Source: Octopus vulgaris (Eukaryota). Taken from it: DNA of 64,000 bases. The stretch lies in assembly GCA_951406725.2 (NCBI GenBank), contig OX597817.1, positions 78,120,001-78,184,000 on the forward strand. The letters run 5' to 3'. Position 1 is the stretch's first letter. Each line of letters starts with the position of its first letter. Made by a program: the position numbers and the translations under genes. Below, piece after piece: positions 12,879 to 27,139 of the stretch. The notes beneath the pieces are model-generated. The model did not search any database. It worked only from the letters and a program-made list of their open reading frames with translations, and was not told the DNA's origin.

Positions 12879-13485
12879 ACATATTTTGTTAAACCAGCTA
12901 AAAATATACATTCAGAGTCTTCCATAGACTTTTTAGGGGTAATACATTCTTCATGCATTTACAGAATTTAGATTTATTTTCCTGATCTAAATTTCATATC
13001 CAAAATTGGTGAGCGCTTTGCAGAAAAGAATTTACACCAGAGAGATCTTTTCTTGAACTTGCAATATTTTGACTTTTCTTATGATAACGTATAGTCAGCC
13101 ATGAGTTTATTTCATACATCTTCCTCTTTTGTGGTTCTGATGATGATCTCTGAAATTTATAAGCATTTTTCTCACAGTTGGTAAAGTGAACATTATGTAT
13201 ATGAATCATATATCATTTTTATATGTAGTTATCATGTAAGCATAATTTACACCAGGTTCAACGATATATATGCATTTTATTTTATGCTAATATTTTGGCC
13301 TTGATTGATTTTTCACTTCATTTTGTTTGCCTTTTGCATATTTTGTGTGCGCACATTCACAAACATATACATGTGTGTATGCATTATATGTATGTATGTA
13401 TGTATATATGTATGTATGTATGTATGTATGTACATATGAATGTATGTATGTATATATATTGATAGATAGATAAATAGATAGATAT

Positions 13486-13522
<37 letters not shown>

Positions 13523-14381
13523 CATATACAAACATATACACAAATGCATACATGCATATACATGTGTATATGTGTACATGAACACACACACACATGCATG
13601 CATGCACGCACACACACACATACATATACATATGCATGAGTATATGTATGTACACAGACTGGAACATGTAAAAGATTAAAGATTACATGTGTGCACACAT
13701 ATATGTAGACATGTTCACATTAATACATGTAGGTGAAAGTGCATGTTTTGACAACCATTAAGCAGTTGCTGATGCACCAAAACACCACAAAAGTTAATAT
13801 AATTTAGTATACAAAATTATATTTATGTTTAAAACATGCAAATTTTTACTATAGAACGAAGCCCCTCAGGGATATATCTAAAGTTCAAAGCAGTATGGTT
13901 TGAATATCCAGTTAATACCAATATGCAAATTAACTCCCTGCTTGTATCAGCTATGGAAGAATTTTGTACTGTTTTAGCCATTTTATAGCTAAGAAGTGTT
14001 TTAGTATTTGGTTTATACAAGGTGCAGCAAAATACCCAGCAGATTTACCATACTTTTGAAAACATTTCAACATCAAACACAAAATTTCCATCAATCTATA
14101 CAAGGATGCTGATGAAAGAAAAAAACTATAAAACATTAGCTGCTGGAAGATATAATTTTTACTTACTTAACTTTACTAGTGACATACTAATGGCTGTTTA
14201 ACATGTGGGAGGTTTTTCTGCTGCAACCTGTATCTCTTGATCTCTACACATTTGTCCTTCTGTAGTAAATATAAAGTAAACGATTTCTTTTATTGGTCTT
14301 GGAGATTAGTATTCTAGGTGTTTGCTTACTGTAACTACTTAGTCAGTGAATTGCTTTATATCAGCAATTCTATACTGGCAT

Positions 14382-14614
14382 GGCGGCGAGCTGGCAAAAT
14401 CGTTAGCACGCCGGACGAAATGCTTAGCGGTATTTTGTCTGCCGCTACGTTCTGAGTTCAAATTCCACCGTGGTCGACTTTGCCTTTCATCCTTTCGGGG
14501 TCAATTAAATAAGTACCAGTTATGCACTGGGGTTGATGTAATTGACTTAATCTGTTTGTCTGTCCTTGCTTGTCCTCTCTGTGTTTAGCCCCTTGTGGAT
14601 AGTAAAGAAATAGG
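14382..14614 (+). mobile_element. tRNA-derived SINE family B
   Basis: ggcggcgagctggcaaaatcgttagc..gagttcaaattcc..gtcgactttgcctttcatcctttcggggtc..aagtaccag; more than 10 copies in the window. Confidence 0.85.
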
Positions 14615-15329
14615 TTTAACCAGAGCTGGTAAGCCAGAGAGCAGCACCATGCTTCAGTCATCTGTTTGGGCTCCATTTCTACAGCTGGATGCCCTCCCTA
14701 ATGCCAAACACTCTACAAAGTGCATTGGATGTCTTTTGTCATTGCTATGATTGTATTTTATATGCCATCAGCACTGGCCATGACTACAATTTTAATTAGA
14801 TTGATGTGTCTTCTCAAGCACAGCAAATTGCCTGCTAAAATTCTTGGTCACTTGTCATAAGGTTAATGTCATCACGCTTTAATATAACAGTCAATTCCCA
14901 TTCCTAGCAAGACACAAGCATTGAAATATACACAATTATTAATAAGAATTATGTCTAACTGTGTATATTTTAATGCACCTGGCTCACTAGGAATGGAAAT
15001 TGACTCTGCCACAGAGATTTGTGAATTTAATGCAATCATAAGGCCAAATCAAAATTATATTCTATATGTATATGTGTGTGTGTGTGTGTGTGTGTTTGCA
15101 TATGTGCTACTAAGTTACTGCAGTTTCAATGCATTAACAATGGGACTGCAAGCTTCTGCATGGTAGGAGATTTAGAAAGTGATCTTCATAGGAAAACTTG
15201 AATGAAGACAAGATAATTACAAATGATAGGAGCAATAAGATATAGGACTGTGTATTTGTGACATCAAGCTTAGAAGTATATAGTTAAAATTACAAAACAA
15301 TTATGTAAAAAAATATTAGGGTCACTCTC

Positions 15330-15712
15330 TTTACATTTTTACCTGTTTCAGTCATTTGACTGTGGCCATACTGAAGCACCACCATTAGTTGAACAAATCG
15401 ACTCCAGGACTTATTCCTTGGAAGCCTAGTACTTATTCTATTGGTCTCTTTTGCTGAACCACTAAGTTACGGAGACGTAAACACACCACCATCAGTTGTC
15501 AAGCGATGTTGAGGGGACAAACACAGACACATAAACATTTACATATATACGACAGGCTTCTTTCAGTTTCCATCTACGAAATCCACTCACAAGGCTTTGG
15601 TCGGCCCGAGGCTATAGTAGAAGACACTTGCCCAAGGTGCCACACAGTGAGACTGAACCCGAAACCATGGGGCTGGTAAGCAAGCTACTTACCACACAGC
15701 CACTCCTGCGCC
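15330..15712 (-). mobile_element. SINE family A, full length
   Basis: Reverse complement of 51366-51758. Confidence 0.9.
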
Positions 15713-15819
15713 TATATGCCAATTGACTTAACATAAAGAATAGTGAAAGTAATTATATTTTGTAGCTGAAACAAACAGTATAAGCGTTGAGTAATCATCA
15801 TCATCGTCGTCGTCGTCGC

Positions 15820-15850
<31 letters not shown>

Positions 15851-16647
15851 GTTATTGCCATCTTTTAATGCCTGTTCTCCATGGTGGACAGTTTTACTGG
15901 AGCTGACCAGCTGGAGAGGTGCCCAGGCTCTATTTATCTGTTTTGGCATGGTTTCTAAGGCTGGATGCCCTTCCTAATACCAACCACTTCACAGAGTATG
16001 TCGGGTGCTTGTTAATGGCACTGGTATGGCTGCATTTTATATTACATGAGCATGCATGCATTTTACATGGAGCCAGCACAATACCTTTCTCTACATGGCA
16101 CTGCAATGAGTGCTTATTACATGGCACTAGCATGAGTGTTTTTTTTTTATGTGGAACCAGCACAAGTGCTTTTTATGTGACCATATCATGAACGTAATAA
16201 GGTTCCTCAACAAATAATACTAGTTGAAGATTTTTTTGACAGGAGAAACGTAAACAACTTCACCACTTGTAGCTCAACATGTTTTAGAGAAATACCAATG
16301 TAAGCAAACACAAGCACACACAAACATACATTATTGGAACAAACTACTCATGAAATTAACGTGCAACTGTGTGATCTCTTCTCAGGCATGTGTACCCTTA
16401 ATGTAGTTCTCAGGAAGGTTCAGTGTGACACAGAATGTGACAAGGCTGACTGTTTGAAATAGAAGTGCTACTCATTTATGCCAGCTGGAGCAATGTGAAA
16501 CAAAATGTCTTGTTCAAAAACACAACACTTCGCCAGGAATTGAACTCATGCCCATATGATCATGAGTTGAATACCCTAATCAATAAGCCACATGCCTTCA
16601 CATCACACATACATGCACATGGGGAAATATACAAAGGGTTTCTTTCA

Positions 16648-16882
16648 ATTTCTTATTTCTTTATTGCCCACAAGGGGCTAAACATAGAGGGGACAAACAA
16701 GGACAGACAAAGGGATTAAGTCAATTACATCGACCCCAGTGCGTAACTGGTACTTAATTTATCGACCCCAAAAGGATGAAAGGCAAAGTCAACCCTGGTG
16801 GAATTTGAACTCAGGACGTAACGGCAGATGAAATGCCGCCAAGCATTTCGCCCGGCATGCTAACATTTCTGCCAGCTCGCCA
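16648..16882 (-). mobile_element. SINE family B
   Basis: Reverse complement of 14382-14614. Confidence 0.85.
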
Positions 16883-17851
16883 CTTTCTTTCAGTTTCTGG
16901 CAACCAAATCTATTTAAAAGACCTGGAGCTATCATAGACGATATTTGCCCTAGACTCTTTACAATGGGATTGAACCTGAAACCATGTAATAGGGATGCAA
17001 ACTTTTAATCACATAGCCATATCTGAGCCTAACGTTATTTTTCAGAAGTTCTTAATAGAATTCTGCTTCTCTTACAACACAGAACGTTCTTAAGAATTCA
17101 AATATAATTCTTGTTTGAAGTAATATCACTTATATGATTAACCTAGCAATCAGGATAAGCAATTAGAGGTACTTGAATGCCAACCATTTCTGCAACTGAC
17201 CAGAAAATGGTGAAAGTTCAGTAGCAGCTATCGAGTCTTGCCTAATCACTTTATGAAAATGGTCAAATGGTTAATGAACATCGTAGAACTTCATCAGATG
17301 ATGCCTTCCAGTGCTATTTCCTTTGAATTCCAAAATTGATTGCATTTTCAGAAATTGTTGTTTAATTGAAAATCAGATTTAAAAAATTTTTCTCATGTTG
17401 TTTTTATATATATTTAAAAAAAAAATAATTAATACTTAAAATAATGGATTAAATTGGAATAAACAAATCAAATAACATTTTAAATTTGTTAATTACTTTT
17501 TCTTTTACATGAAAAAACCAATACATATATATATATATACATATATATGTGTGTATGTGTGTGTATATATATATGTGTGTGTACACACATACAGTAAGCA
17601 GAGAAATAATTTGTCTTCAGAATAACTAGAAATACAGATTTAATAACCAAATGAAAGACCTAAAGAGTTATTTAGCTCTTTATAAACCATATATAATATA
17701 TTTTTTTACCAATGGTCTAATGCTGAAGTGAAACCCAGTTGTTAGAAATCAGTCAGAACACGATTACCTTGACATTGGTTCATAGGTAGTTGGTTTTATA
17801 AGTTCAGTACAAGCACACACATATTAAAGACTATACTGTGATGCTTTAAAC

Positions 17852-18111
17852 CAGTGGTTCCCAAAGTTGGCGGTATTGCTCCACTGAGGGTGGTGGAATG
17901 TTCCAAGTGGGCATTGAAGAAAAATAGGATGATAATGGGATAGTGATTCATGTAAAAACAATAAAATAATGGCTTCATTAGGCTAAGTTTTATTTGTGAA
18001 ATACAGTTGCTTTGAATTTGATTCAGGAAGAGGTATATGTTTGTGATGGGTGCTAGGAATGTAGCCTGGGTGTCAAAGAGGTGGCAGCCCGTAAGCATTT
18101 GGGAACCACTA
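17852..18111. mobile_element. hAT (Charlie-like) MITE
   Basis: TIRs cagtggttcccaaa / tttgggaaccacta; 8-bp TSD ctttaaac / ctttagac (7/8). Confidence 0.85.
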
Positions 18112-18914
18112 CTTTAGACATATGTAAATACACTTTCCCATCCTTTTCCAGTATAAGAAAATAACAGAGATTGTCTTGACATCTGCTCACTGAATAAATC
18201 CATAGTAATCACTATTTAATTCAAACACAAACCAAAGCTTTGCTGTAACACTAGTAGACTAATTTGCACTCTGTATGTTTGTGAATGTGATTAAATAATT
18301 AATAAATAATTAATACAGTATGTATTAGAAACCTAAGTTAAATTTTATATAGTTTAACTATTGTTTAAACCTTGTGCTTTTCAGATGATGTTATTTAGTC
18401 CACTGTGATATTTGGCTTATGTTCGTAAGGTTGTGTGTTCAATTCCTTGGTGACACATTATGTCTTTCAGTAAGACACTTTCATGTTGCTTCAGTCCACT
18501 CAGCTGGCAAAAATGAGTTGTACTTGTATTTCAAAGGGCAGCCTTGTCACACTCTGTATCACACTGAATCTCCCTGAGAACTATGTTAAGTGTACTTGTG
18601 TCTGTGGAGTGCTCAGCCACTTACACATTAATTTCAGGAACTAAAACCCTTGTCATTTTAACCGATGGAGTGCTACTTTAATTCTTATTTCTTTATTGCC
18701 CACAAGGGGTTAAACATAGAGGGGAAGTGCTACTTTAATTATGACTGAATAAACCAAACCTCAACGCATTTTTCAATGCTGCAAATGTCCTTTTTTTACC
18801 ATTTTATTTTTTAAGACAGTAGGCTGTAAACTGAGATAGATTTAGCTGCTATTTCTAGCATCTCATTTCTGTGCTTGCTATTTCTGACAACACATGAAAC
18901 AATATACTAATATT

Positions 18915-19335
18915 TATTGTTGTATTTCAAGATGGTCATATTTTCTTCTTTTTTTTTTGCCAAATAAACACACACACTATATATTTATTCTTCGCTCATT
19001 TACTACTGTTTTTATTTTAACTTGTATCTATTGTCAGGAAGTCTTTCATCACGCATCTGTGACCTCTTCAGCAACACTTTTCCTTTTCTTTTGTGCTCTC
19101 CCCCACTTACTCCACACTTGCTCGTGTGTGCTCTTGCTCCACTTACTCCATTCTGCTCTTCATCGAAGAGCAGAATGAAAAGTTCCCTGGAAGAGGTTAC
19201 AGATGTGTGACAAAAGATTTCCGGACAATGGACATGAGTTAGAATAAGAACAGTAATAAATGAGTGAAAAACGAATATATAGTGCGTGTGTTTATTTGGA
19301 AAATAAAAAATGACCATCCCGAAATACAACAACAT
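18915..19335. mobile_element. Old inverted pair (~160-bp arms) with decayed hammerhead motifs; pLTR-like
   Basis: Arms 18915-19082 and 19177-19333 are diverged reverse complements. The left arm (-) reads CTGAAGA-GGTCAC-agatgc-GTGAT-GAAA. Confidence 0.65.
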
Positions 19336-19849
19336 CTGTTTCAACACACAATTTCACATCAAGAATCTTGCAACACAATTTGATAAACACATACCAATAT
19401 TTGTTCATATTTTAAACATTTTTGTCAGCTTTTCAGAATTGATCAACCAATTTCTGATAGGTTGCTTTTCGATGTAAACCTAAACTATATCAGTATTTAT
19501 CTAATGGTAGGTGAAAATTTGGCAGCGTTTATTAGGGTATTACAAAGAAGGTCATGTCACACTGGATTCAATATTCCATGCACCAAGTTCAAATCCCACT
19601 AAAATCAATTTTTTTATATTTCATCCTTTTGTGGTCAATTACATATAATAACTTTTCAATACTAGAAGTGAATAGATTCAACTAACCCAGCCTATTCAAA
19701 TTTATTGCTCTGTGTCTATATTAGAAATAATTAGTTACATAATAATTACTTGCACTTGTATGGTTGTAAGTTCCAATCTTATTTGCAACCAATGTGTCAT
19801 GTCTCTCAACAAAAGAATACAAAGTACCTTCTTACCAAAACTCTAACAT

Positions 19850-20255
19850 GTAGGAGTGGCTGTATGGTAAGTAGCCTGCTTACAAACCACATGGTTCCGG
19901 GTTCAGTCCCACTGCATGGCACCTTGGGCAAGTGTCTTCTACTATAGCCTTGGGCCGACCAAAGCCTTGTGAGTGGATTTAGTAGACAGAAACTGAAAGA
20001 AGCACGTCGTATATATGTATATATATGTGTGTATGTGTGTGTATATGTTTGTGTGTCTGTGTTTGTCCCCCCAACATCACTTGACAACTGATATAGGTGT
20101 GTTTATGTCCCCGTAATTTAGCCGTTCGGCAAAAGAGACCGATAGAATAAGTACTAGGCTTACAAACAACAAGTCCTGGGATCAATTTGCTCGACTAAAG
20201 GCAGTGCTCCAGCATGGGCACAGTCAAATGACTGAAACAAGTAAAAGAGTAAAAG
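19850..20255 (+). mobile_element. SINE family A, full length
   Basis: Head-to-tail match to 51366-51758. Confidence 0.9.
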
Positions 20256-20532
20256 ATTAATCTACCAATTCACCAATAATAGCGGGCATTAATACTTGGA
20301 ATTTTAAGCAATTTTCTCCACTGTTTTCCTTGCCCTTGATGAGTCTTTATGTTGAAATTCTATTAGCACCATTTTGTTAGCCAATTTTTTTTGAAATTCA
20401 CTGCTTTTGTTTTAACTCTTTTATTGCATAATTAAATTCCATGGTCATTCCCACAATAATGTTAATTATCCACCCAAAATTAGAATTGGTATTTTTTTTG
20501 TTTCTGCAATGTCTTTTCACTAACTTCTGTAG

Positions 20533-20721
20533 TACTCTTTTACTCTTTTACTTGTTTCAGTCATTTGACTGCAGCCATGCTGGAGGACTGCCTTTAGTTG
20601 AGCAAATCAACCCGAGGACTTATTCTTTGTAAGACTAATTTTGTCAAACCACTAAGTTACGGGGACGTCAACACACCAGCATCGGTTGTCAAGTGATATT
20701 GGGGGGACAAACACAGACACA

Positions 20722-20783
<62 letters not shown>

Positions 20784-20940
20784 AATATACGATGGTCTTC
20801 TTTCAGTTTCCGTCTACCAAATTCACTCACAAGGCCGAGGTTATAGTAGAAGACATTTGCCCAAGGTGCCATACAGTGGGACTGAACCCAGAACCATGTC
20901 ATTCATAAGCAAGCTACTTACCACACAGCTACTCCTACAT
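20533..20940 (-). mobile_element. SINE family A
   Basis: Reverse complement of family A with (CA)n linker. Confidence 0.9.
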
Positions 20941-21792
20941 CTATATTTGCGCATCAAGTTTTCTCTTATCCTGATGGAGAGTAGTTTTCCTCTCTATTTG
21001 ACGTTCATCATAAAATAAAGCATTTTACTTTTGCTCTCCCACCTACATTCACTTAGTGATGTTTCCCCCCTTCTAATGGTAGATTAATGTTGGTTTTGGT
21101 AGCAAATATGTTAAAATAACTAGTAACCTCTCGGTTGAAGATAAAATTCTAATCTACCAGAGAGCGTTGAGGTTTCGTTTCTGTATTCTTGTTCGTAAAT
21201 GTTATTTCTTTCTATTTCATAGAGGTTCTGAAATGGCTGGCCGACTCTAATAACTCTGATAAATTAATAATTAGGAAGCATAAATTCATGTAAGCTAATT
21301 ATAAGAATGCATGAGTAATAAAACAGTTTTTCAAAAACAGGATAGTGTCTGGAGTAATCATAATGCTAGCCAGTAATTGATTGCGCATGCACACACACAC
21401 ATGCACACACTCACACATGCATGGACATGCACACATGCATGCACATACACACACATACACATGTACATACTCATGTGTACACATGTATAAACCTAGGAAT
21501 TTGCATTTAATTAATTTTATTTTATTTTCCGGGCATTCCTGTAAGGTTAAGAAGTTTGCCTCCCAACCCACATGGTTTTGGGTTTAGTCCCCCTGAGTAG
21601 GACTTGGGACATGGGTCCTCGTCTATAGTCTCAGGTTGACCAAAGAATTGTTACTGGATTTGGTAGTCAAATACCTGTAAGAATCCCATAGAATACACAT
21701 ACACACACACTCACACACACATCACATACACGCACATACATGCATACATACATACATGCATACATACATACATACAAACATACATACATTCA

Positions 21793-21890
<98 letters not shown>

Positions 21891-21936
21891 TAATATATGT
21901 AGACATATATGATATTGATATCTATCTATCTGTCTA

Positions 21937-21986
<50 letters not shown>

Positions 21987-21989
21987 CTG

Positions 21990-22322
21990 AAACTCCCTTC
22001 GGTCATGACTGACCATGGGATTGCACCTAGAATGTTACCCTCCCAGGCACAAGTCTGGACAAGGTTGTTTTTATGGAAGACCAGTAGTCGCCAACGCATA
22101 CCAGCCTCCACTCTCCACGCCACCACTGTTATCCAACAGAAAGGCAAAGGCTGATACAGCTTGGCACCAGTTATGTTGTAACTCATTTCTACAGCTGAAT
22201 GAATTGGAGCAACATATAATAAAGTATCTTGCTCAAGAACACAACACATAACCCGATCTAGGAATTGAACTCATTACCTCATGATTTTATCATGCTCTAA
22301 TCACTGAGCTGTGCACCTTCAC
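21990..22322 (-). mobile_element. SINE family C
   Basis: Reverse complement of 52099-52431. Confidence 0.85.
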
Positions 22323-22456
22323 ACCTGAATAGGACACTAGAGCTTTATCTTTAGATTTACAGAGGTGAAGGCATGACTACACTGTTGCACCATAGCCTCA
22401 TCCCAACCCAATGCCCTTTGAATAGCTTTGATCCTCAGAAACTGAAAGATGCTTGT

Positions 22457-22487
<31 letters not shown>

Positions 22488-24133
22488 CTTGATAGAAATG
22501 GTAAGACAACAAAAGAATGAAAGAGACCTCGATATTATGTAAATAAGAGGAATTTATCTGTAAATATATGTGACTGGCAAGCCTTGAGGCTGCACCAGGC
22601 TCCAATCTGATCTGGCAAGGTTTCTACAGCTGGATGTCCTTAGCTAACACCAACCACTCAGAGAGTGTAGTGGGAGCTTTTTGCATGCCACCGGCACAGG
22701 AGCCAGTCAGGCAGCACTGGCATCAGCCATACTCAGATGGTGTTTTTTATGAGCCACCAGCACAGGAATCGGTTGGGGCTGGCAGGGCTAGTTTGACCAC
22801 TTTCGGACAGTGCTTTTTATGTTCCACCAGCATGGGGAGCCAGTCAGGTGGTACTGGCGTCAATCCATGCATGAATGGTGCTTATTGCATGCCACCAGCA
22901 TGGGAGCTAGTCAGGTGGCACTGGCTTCATCCACAACTACAATTTCCATTTTGATTTCGATTTGATTGTGATTCTGATAGTGATTTTGATTTTGATTTTT
23001 GATTTTACTTGACTTAATAAGTCTCCTCAAGCATGGCATATCACCTGTCGATTCAAAGGTACATTTTAAATGGGCTGGTTATGCGACACTGGTAAAGGCT
23101 ACAGCTGTGATCTCACTTTACTTGCCAGGTCTTCTTAATAATAAATGTTGCTTTTGTTTGGAAGTATTGTATTAAATTATCGTGTCATTTCTGCAGTTAA
23201 AGATTACAATTTTAATACACTAGAATGGCCTAGTTTTCAGTTTTCATGTCCTTATTCCCATGTAATAACATTTACCATTTTCATAGAGGTTCTGACATGT
23301 TGGATAACCGTATCAACCATAAGTTAATAATCAAAGTGCTTGAGTGATAAAACAGCTTTTCAAATACTGGAGCATGTCTGGTGTAATCATACTTCATATA
23401 ATTAAATGATTAAATAATTAAGAGCTGCACATATATGCATACATACTTGCATACACATACACACACTCTTTCTCTCATACACTCATATATATGCACAAAC
23501 TCTCTCTCACACATACATATACATACACACATTGTATGATTGCATTTTATTTTTTCATTTCATTTTATTTTCCACTTCTCATAGACCTTTATGAATCAAT
23601 AATTACATAACATACCTCACAGCAAAGGAACTAATTAATTTTGAATATGCAAGCATATTTTTTAATCCCACTTACAAAAAGTAAATAAACAAGCAAGAAG
23701 GGACAACCACAAATTTGCTTCAAAGAATAACTAAATACAATTTAATACACAAAAATATATCAATGTTCACTGACTAAATTATATTTAGCACTTGCAGCCT
23801 ATTAAAATAATAATTTCAATTTTAGGAAGACAAGAGATGATTAGTTGATGCATCAGTGTCATATAACACATTTGTTAAATGTATCAATAAAAGTAATTAA
23901 GACTGTGTGTGAAAAATCAGTGCAAATTTTATGGTAATACAATCAATTTAATATCAATTAATATTTAGTTTGTTAATTTTTCAAATGAATGAGATGATTA
24001 TTAGAAAGGCTTTTGAGACTTTTTGAGCCATGCTAATTCAGTGTGATTGTAATGAAAATGTAACAAAATAACTCAATAGTGTTGCTACATGTATATATGT
24101 CATCTTTTATGAAGTAGTCTTTAATTCTAATAT

Positions 24134-24346
24134 ACAAGGTGGTGCTGAAAACTTCTTGGCTTTAAGGACATAATGAAAGGTTTGAATTGGGGCCCAAACT
24201 TCTGTGTTCTTTTACAAGGCTTAGAAAAACTGAAGGACTGCTGAAATAAGTGTGAAATCTGAGAGGGGAATATGTTGAATAAAACTGCAATTACCTTATC
24301 CTCCAGTATTTTCTTTTATTCAAAGCCAGAAACTTCTCAGCACCAT
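24134..24346. mobile_element. Mariner-derived MITE, copy 1
   Basis: TIRs ggtgctgaaaacttcttggcttt / aaagccagaaacttctcagcacc; homologous to 24956-25174. Confidence 0.8.
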
Positions 24347-24955
24347 GTCATTTTTTTTCTCGCTCCTCCTTAATTCTTCTATCCCTCTACCCCTGCCTCT
24401 CTCTCTTCTCTCCCCACATAACCGGTGTTCAGCCAAGCCTGATCTTTCTTTCTTGGTTCGACTACCATTTATGCAACATCTATATTACTCCCTGTGCCTG
24501 TCAAATCTTATGTCCCTGCCATAAAGTTTTACTTCCACACACGCCAGTTTAATTTAATTCGTCCATAATTGAAAGACACCTGTTGTTATGTCCTGTTAAT
24601 TGCATTTGTATTTGTGTAACATTTCTCCGTTTTTTTCCGTCTTTGTTTTTGTACACATTCACTGCTTTCTTCCAAGGAATCTAATGCTCTTAGCTTAGTT
24701 TTTCCTTGGGGCTGGCCAGATTAGAGCAATCTCGAGTATAACTAGCCGAAATTGCAAAGATAATCTGGAACTTGACTGAGGATAGAAAACTCTGAATGAT
24801 CCATCCTTGTTTTCTTTGTATCGTCTATCTGGATGTTTTGTTGTCCCTTTCTTGTATCACCTAACTGTCAGGATGTTTTGTGTTCTTGTCCCATTTTTGT
24901 GTTTTATATAGATATGTGTGTGTGTGTGTATTTATATATGTGTGTATACATACTT

Positions 24956-25174
24956 ACAAAGGGGTGCTGAAAAGTTCTTGGCTTTAAGGGTATAGTGAAA
25001 GGCCTGGCTGGAGGCCCAACCTTTAGAGTTCTTTTTACACCGCTTAGAAAAATTGAAGGACCACTCCAATAAGTGTGGGAATCTGAGAGGGGAATATGTC
25101 GAATAAAATCATAGCTAACATATTCTCCTGTATTTTCTTTTACCCAAAGCCAGGGACTTTTCAGCACCCCTTGT
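24956..25174. mobile_element. Mariner-derived MITE, copy 2
   Basis: TIRs tacaaaggggtgctgaaaagttcttggcttt / aaagccagggacttttcagcaccccttgta with TA ends; the interior resembles a transposase C-terminus. Confidence 0.85.
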
Positions 25175-27139
25175 ATGTAAATTTATGAGTGTTAACGGGT
25201 ACAAGTATAGTCAGGTGGTCAATACACTTGTTTCTCAATCTGATGGTTTTGGGTTCAGCCCCACTGTGCAGCAACTATAACTCTGGGCCCTCAAAAGCCT
25301 TGTGTGTGGTTTTGGTGGATGGAAATTGTACAGATGCCTTTTTTATGTATCTTTTATCTTGTACCTTTTACTTGTTTCAGTCATTAGACTGTGGCCATGC
25401 TGGAGTACCATCTCGAAGAATTTTTAGTCGAATGTATCAACCACAGTACTAATTTTTTAAAGCCTGGTACTTATTCTATCCATCGCTTTTGCTGAACCAC
25501 TAAGCTATGGGGACATAAAAATACCAGCACCGGTTGTCAAGTAGTGGTGGTGGTGGGGACAAAAACAGATACAAAGATACCCACACATATAGATGTATAC
25601 ATATATGTATATACAATGGGCTTCTTTCAGTTTCCATCCACCAAATCCGCTCACAAGGCTTTAGTCAGCCCCCAAGATGCCATGCATTAGGACTGAACCT
25701 GGGGTCATGTGTTTTTCAAACAAGCTTATGTATGAGTGTGTGAATGTATGAGTGTGTGCATGTGTGTTTATGTGCATTTATGTATGTGTGTGTGTGTGGT
25801 CCCCTATTTTGGCATCATGTGTTAGTTTTAAATGTATGTCAGTGTCATATGAGCAGTTTTAGTTCTGGCTCTTTATGTTCTGAGTTCAAATCCCTCAAAT
25901 GTCAGCTCTGTCTTTTATACCACTTGGATTAATAAGTAAAGACATGTAGGATATTGGTTTGAGTATTTGGCTCACGATTGTAAGGTCATGTGTTCGATTC
26001 CTGGTGGCACAAATGTGTTCTTGAGCAAGACACTTTATTTCACATTACTCCAGTTCACACAGCTAGCAGAAATGAATAGTACCTGTATTTCAAAGGGCCA
26101 GCCAGGTCTCATTCTGTGTCACACTGAATCTTCATAAGAACTACATTATAGGTACATTAAAGGTATCTGCGGAATGCTCAGCCACTTGATTTGCACATTA
26201 ATTTGATCATACCAACTGGGACACTTGTCTGCATAATTGACAGAATGACAGTTAAAAAAAAAAGGTGGGTATTGATAGAACGAAAAACCAGTTTAATACT
26301 GGGTTACTCTAAAAGCTGCTGGCTGGTTCCAAAATCAGAAAGAATTATAAATAAATGATATATTCCTCATAGTAGGAAAATGCTTGCATCTGTAGATAAC
26401 AAAGAGACCCTATGGGAAATAATGATCTTTTAATAGAGAAATAATTGAGAATTTGATCTAAACAAGGCCTTGTTTAAATTGAAATTTCTTAAACTCTGTT
26501 TATGATATCTGATGGATAGTGGCAATCTTGTATAATTCAAATCTATGAAAGAGAAGGAAAAATGATTTAATAAAGGGTCTTTTGTGATTGTGGCTCCATT
26601 GCTTGACAATTTATCACCAGAAATATTTAATCACTGAAGACAATACATAAATGTAGAATTTTCTTTAATACATTATGGCCAAAAAGCTTGTAATTTCCTG
26701 TACTCAGAGATTCACATTTCTAATTATTGTATGTATGTATGCAGTGTTGCCTTAAGATATGGACACACTGGGCAGTTGCCAGAGGGCCTTTACAGTTCTA
26801 GGGGCCCAGCACAGATTTATGTATGCAGGAACTTGAGATCAATAAGTACTATAGGTCCTGGTTCATTACTTTGCCCAGGCAGCGCTTATGTTACTAGGAT
26901 GGCTTTGTATGTATGTATGTCATTATTCGGTTTATTTCAAGATTTCTTGCCTATAGAGAAAGAACCGGTTTCTGATCTAGATCCCAGGCTCATTCATTGG
27001 AATTTTAACACAAACAACAGGATATTTTTGTATGTATGTATGTATGTATGTATGTACGTAATATGTATATATGTATATATGTATATATGTGCAGATTTGT
27101 ATGTTTTATGTATGTATTCTCATGCATATAGTTACATAT

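Noticed and set aside
12994-13209. 71-aa ORF in unique sequence
   Set aside because: No recognisable motif or convincing splice signals; length is compatible with chance.
24700-24760. GGCTGG..CTAGCC-GAAA hairpin in an unclassified repeat
   Set aside because: No CUGANGA core; insufficient to call a ribozyme.
26508-26560. CTGATGG-ATAG..CTAT-GAAA hammerhead-like string
   Set aside because: Core mismatch and no stem III or stem I.
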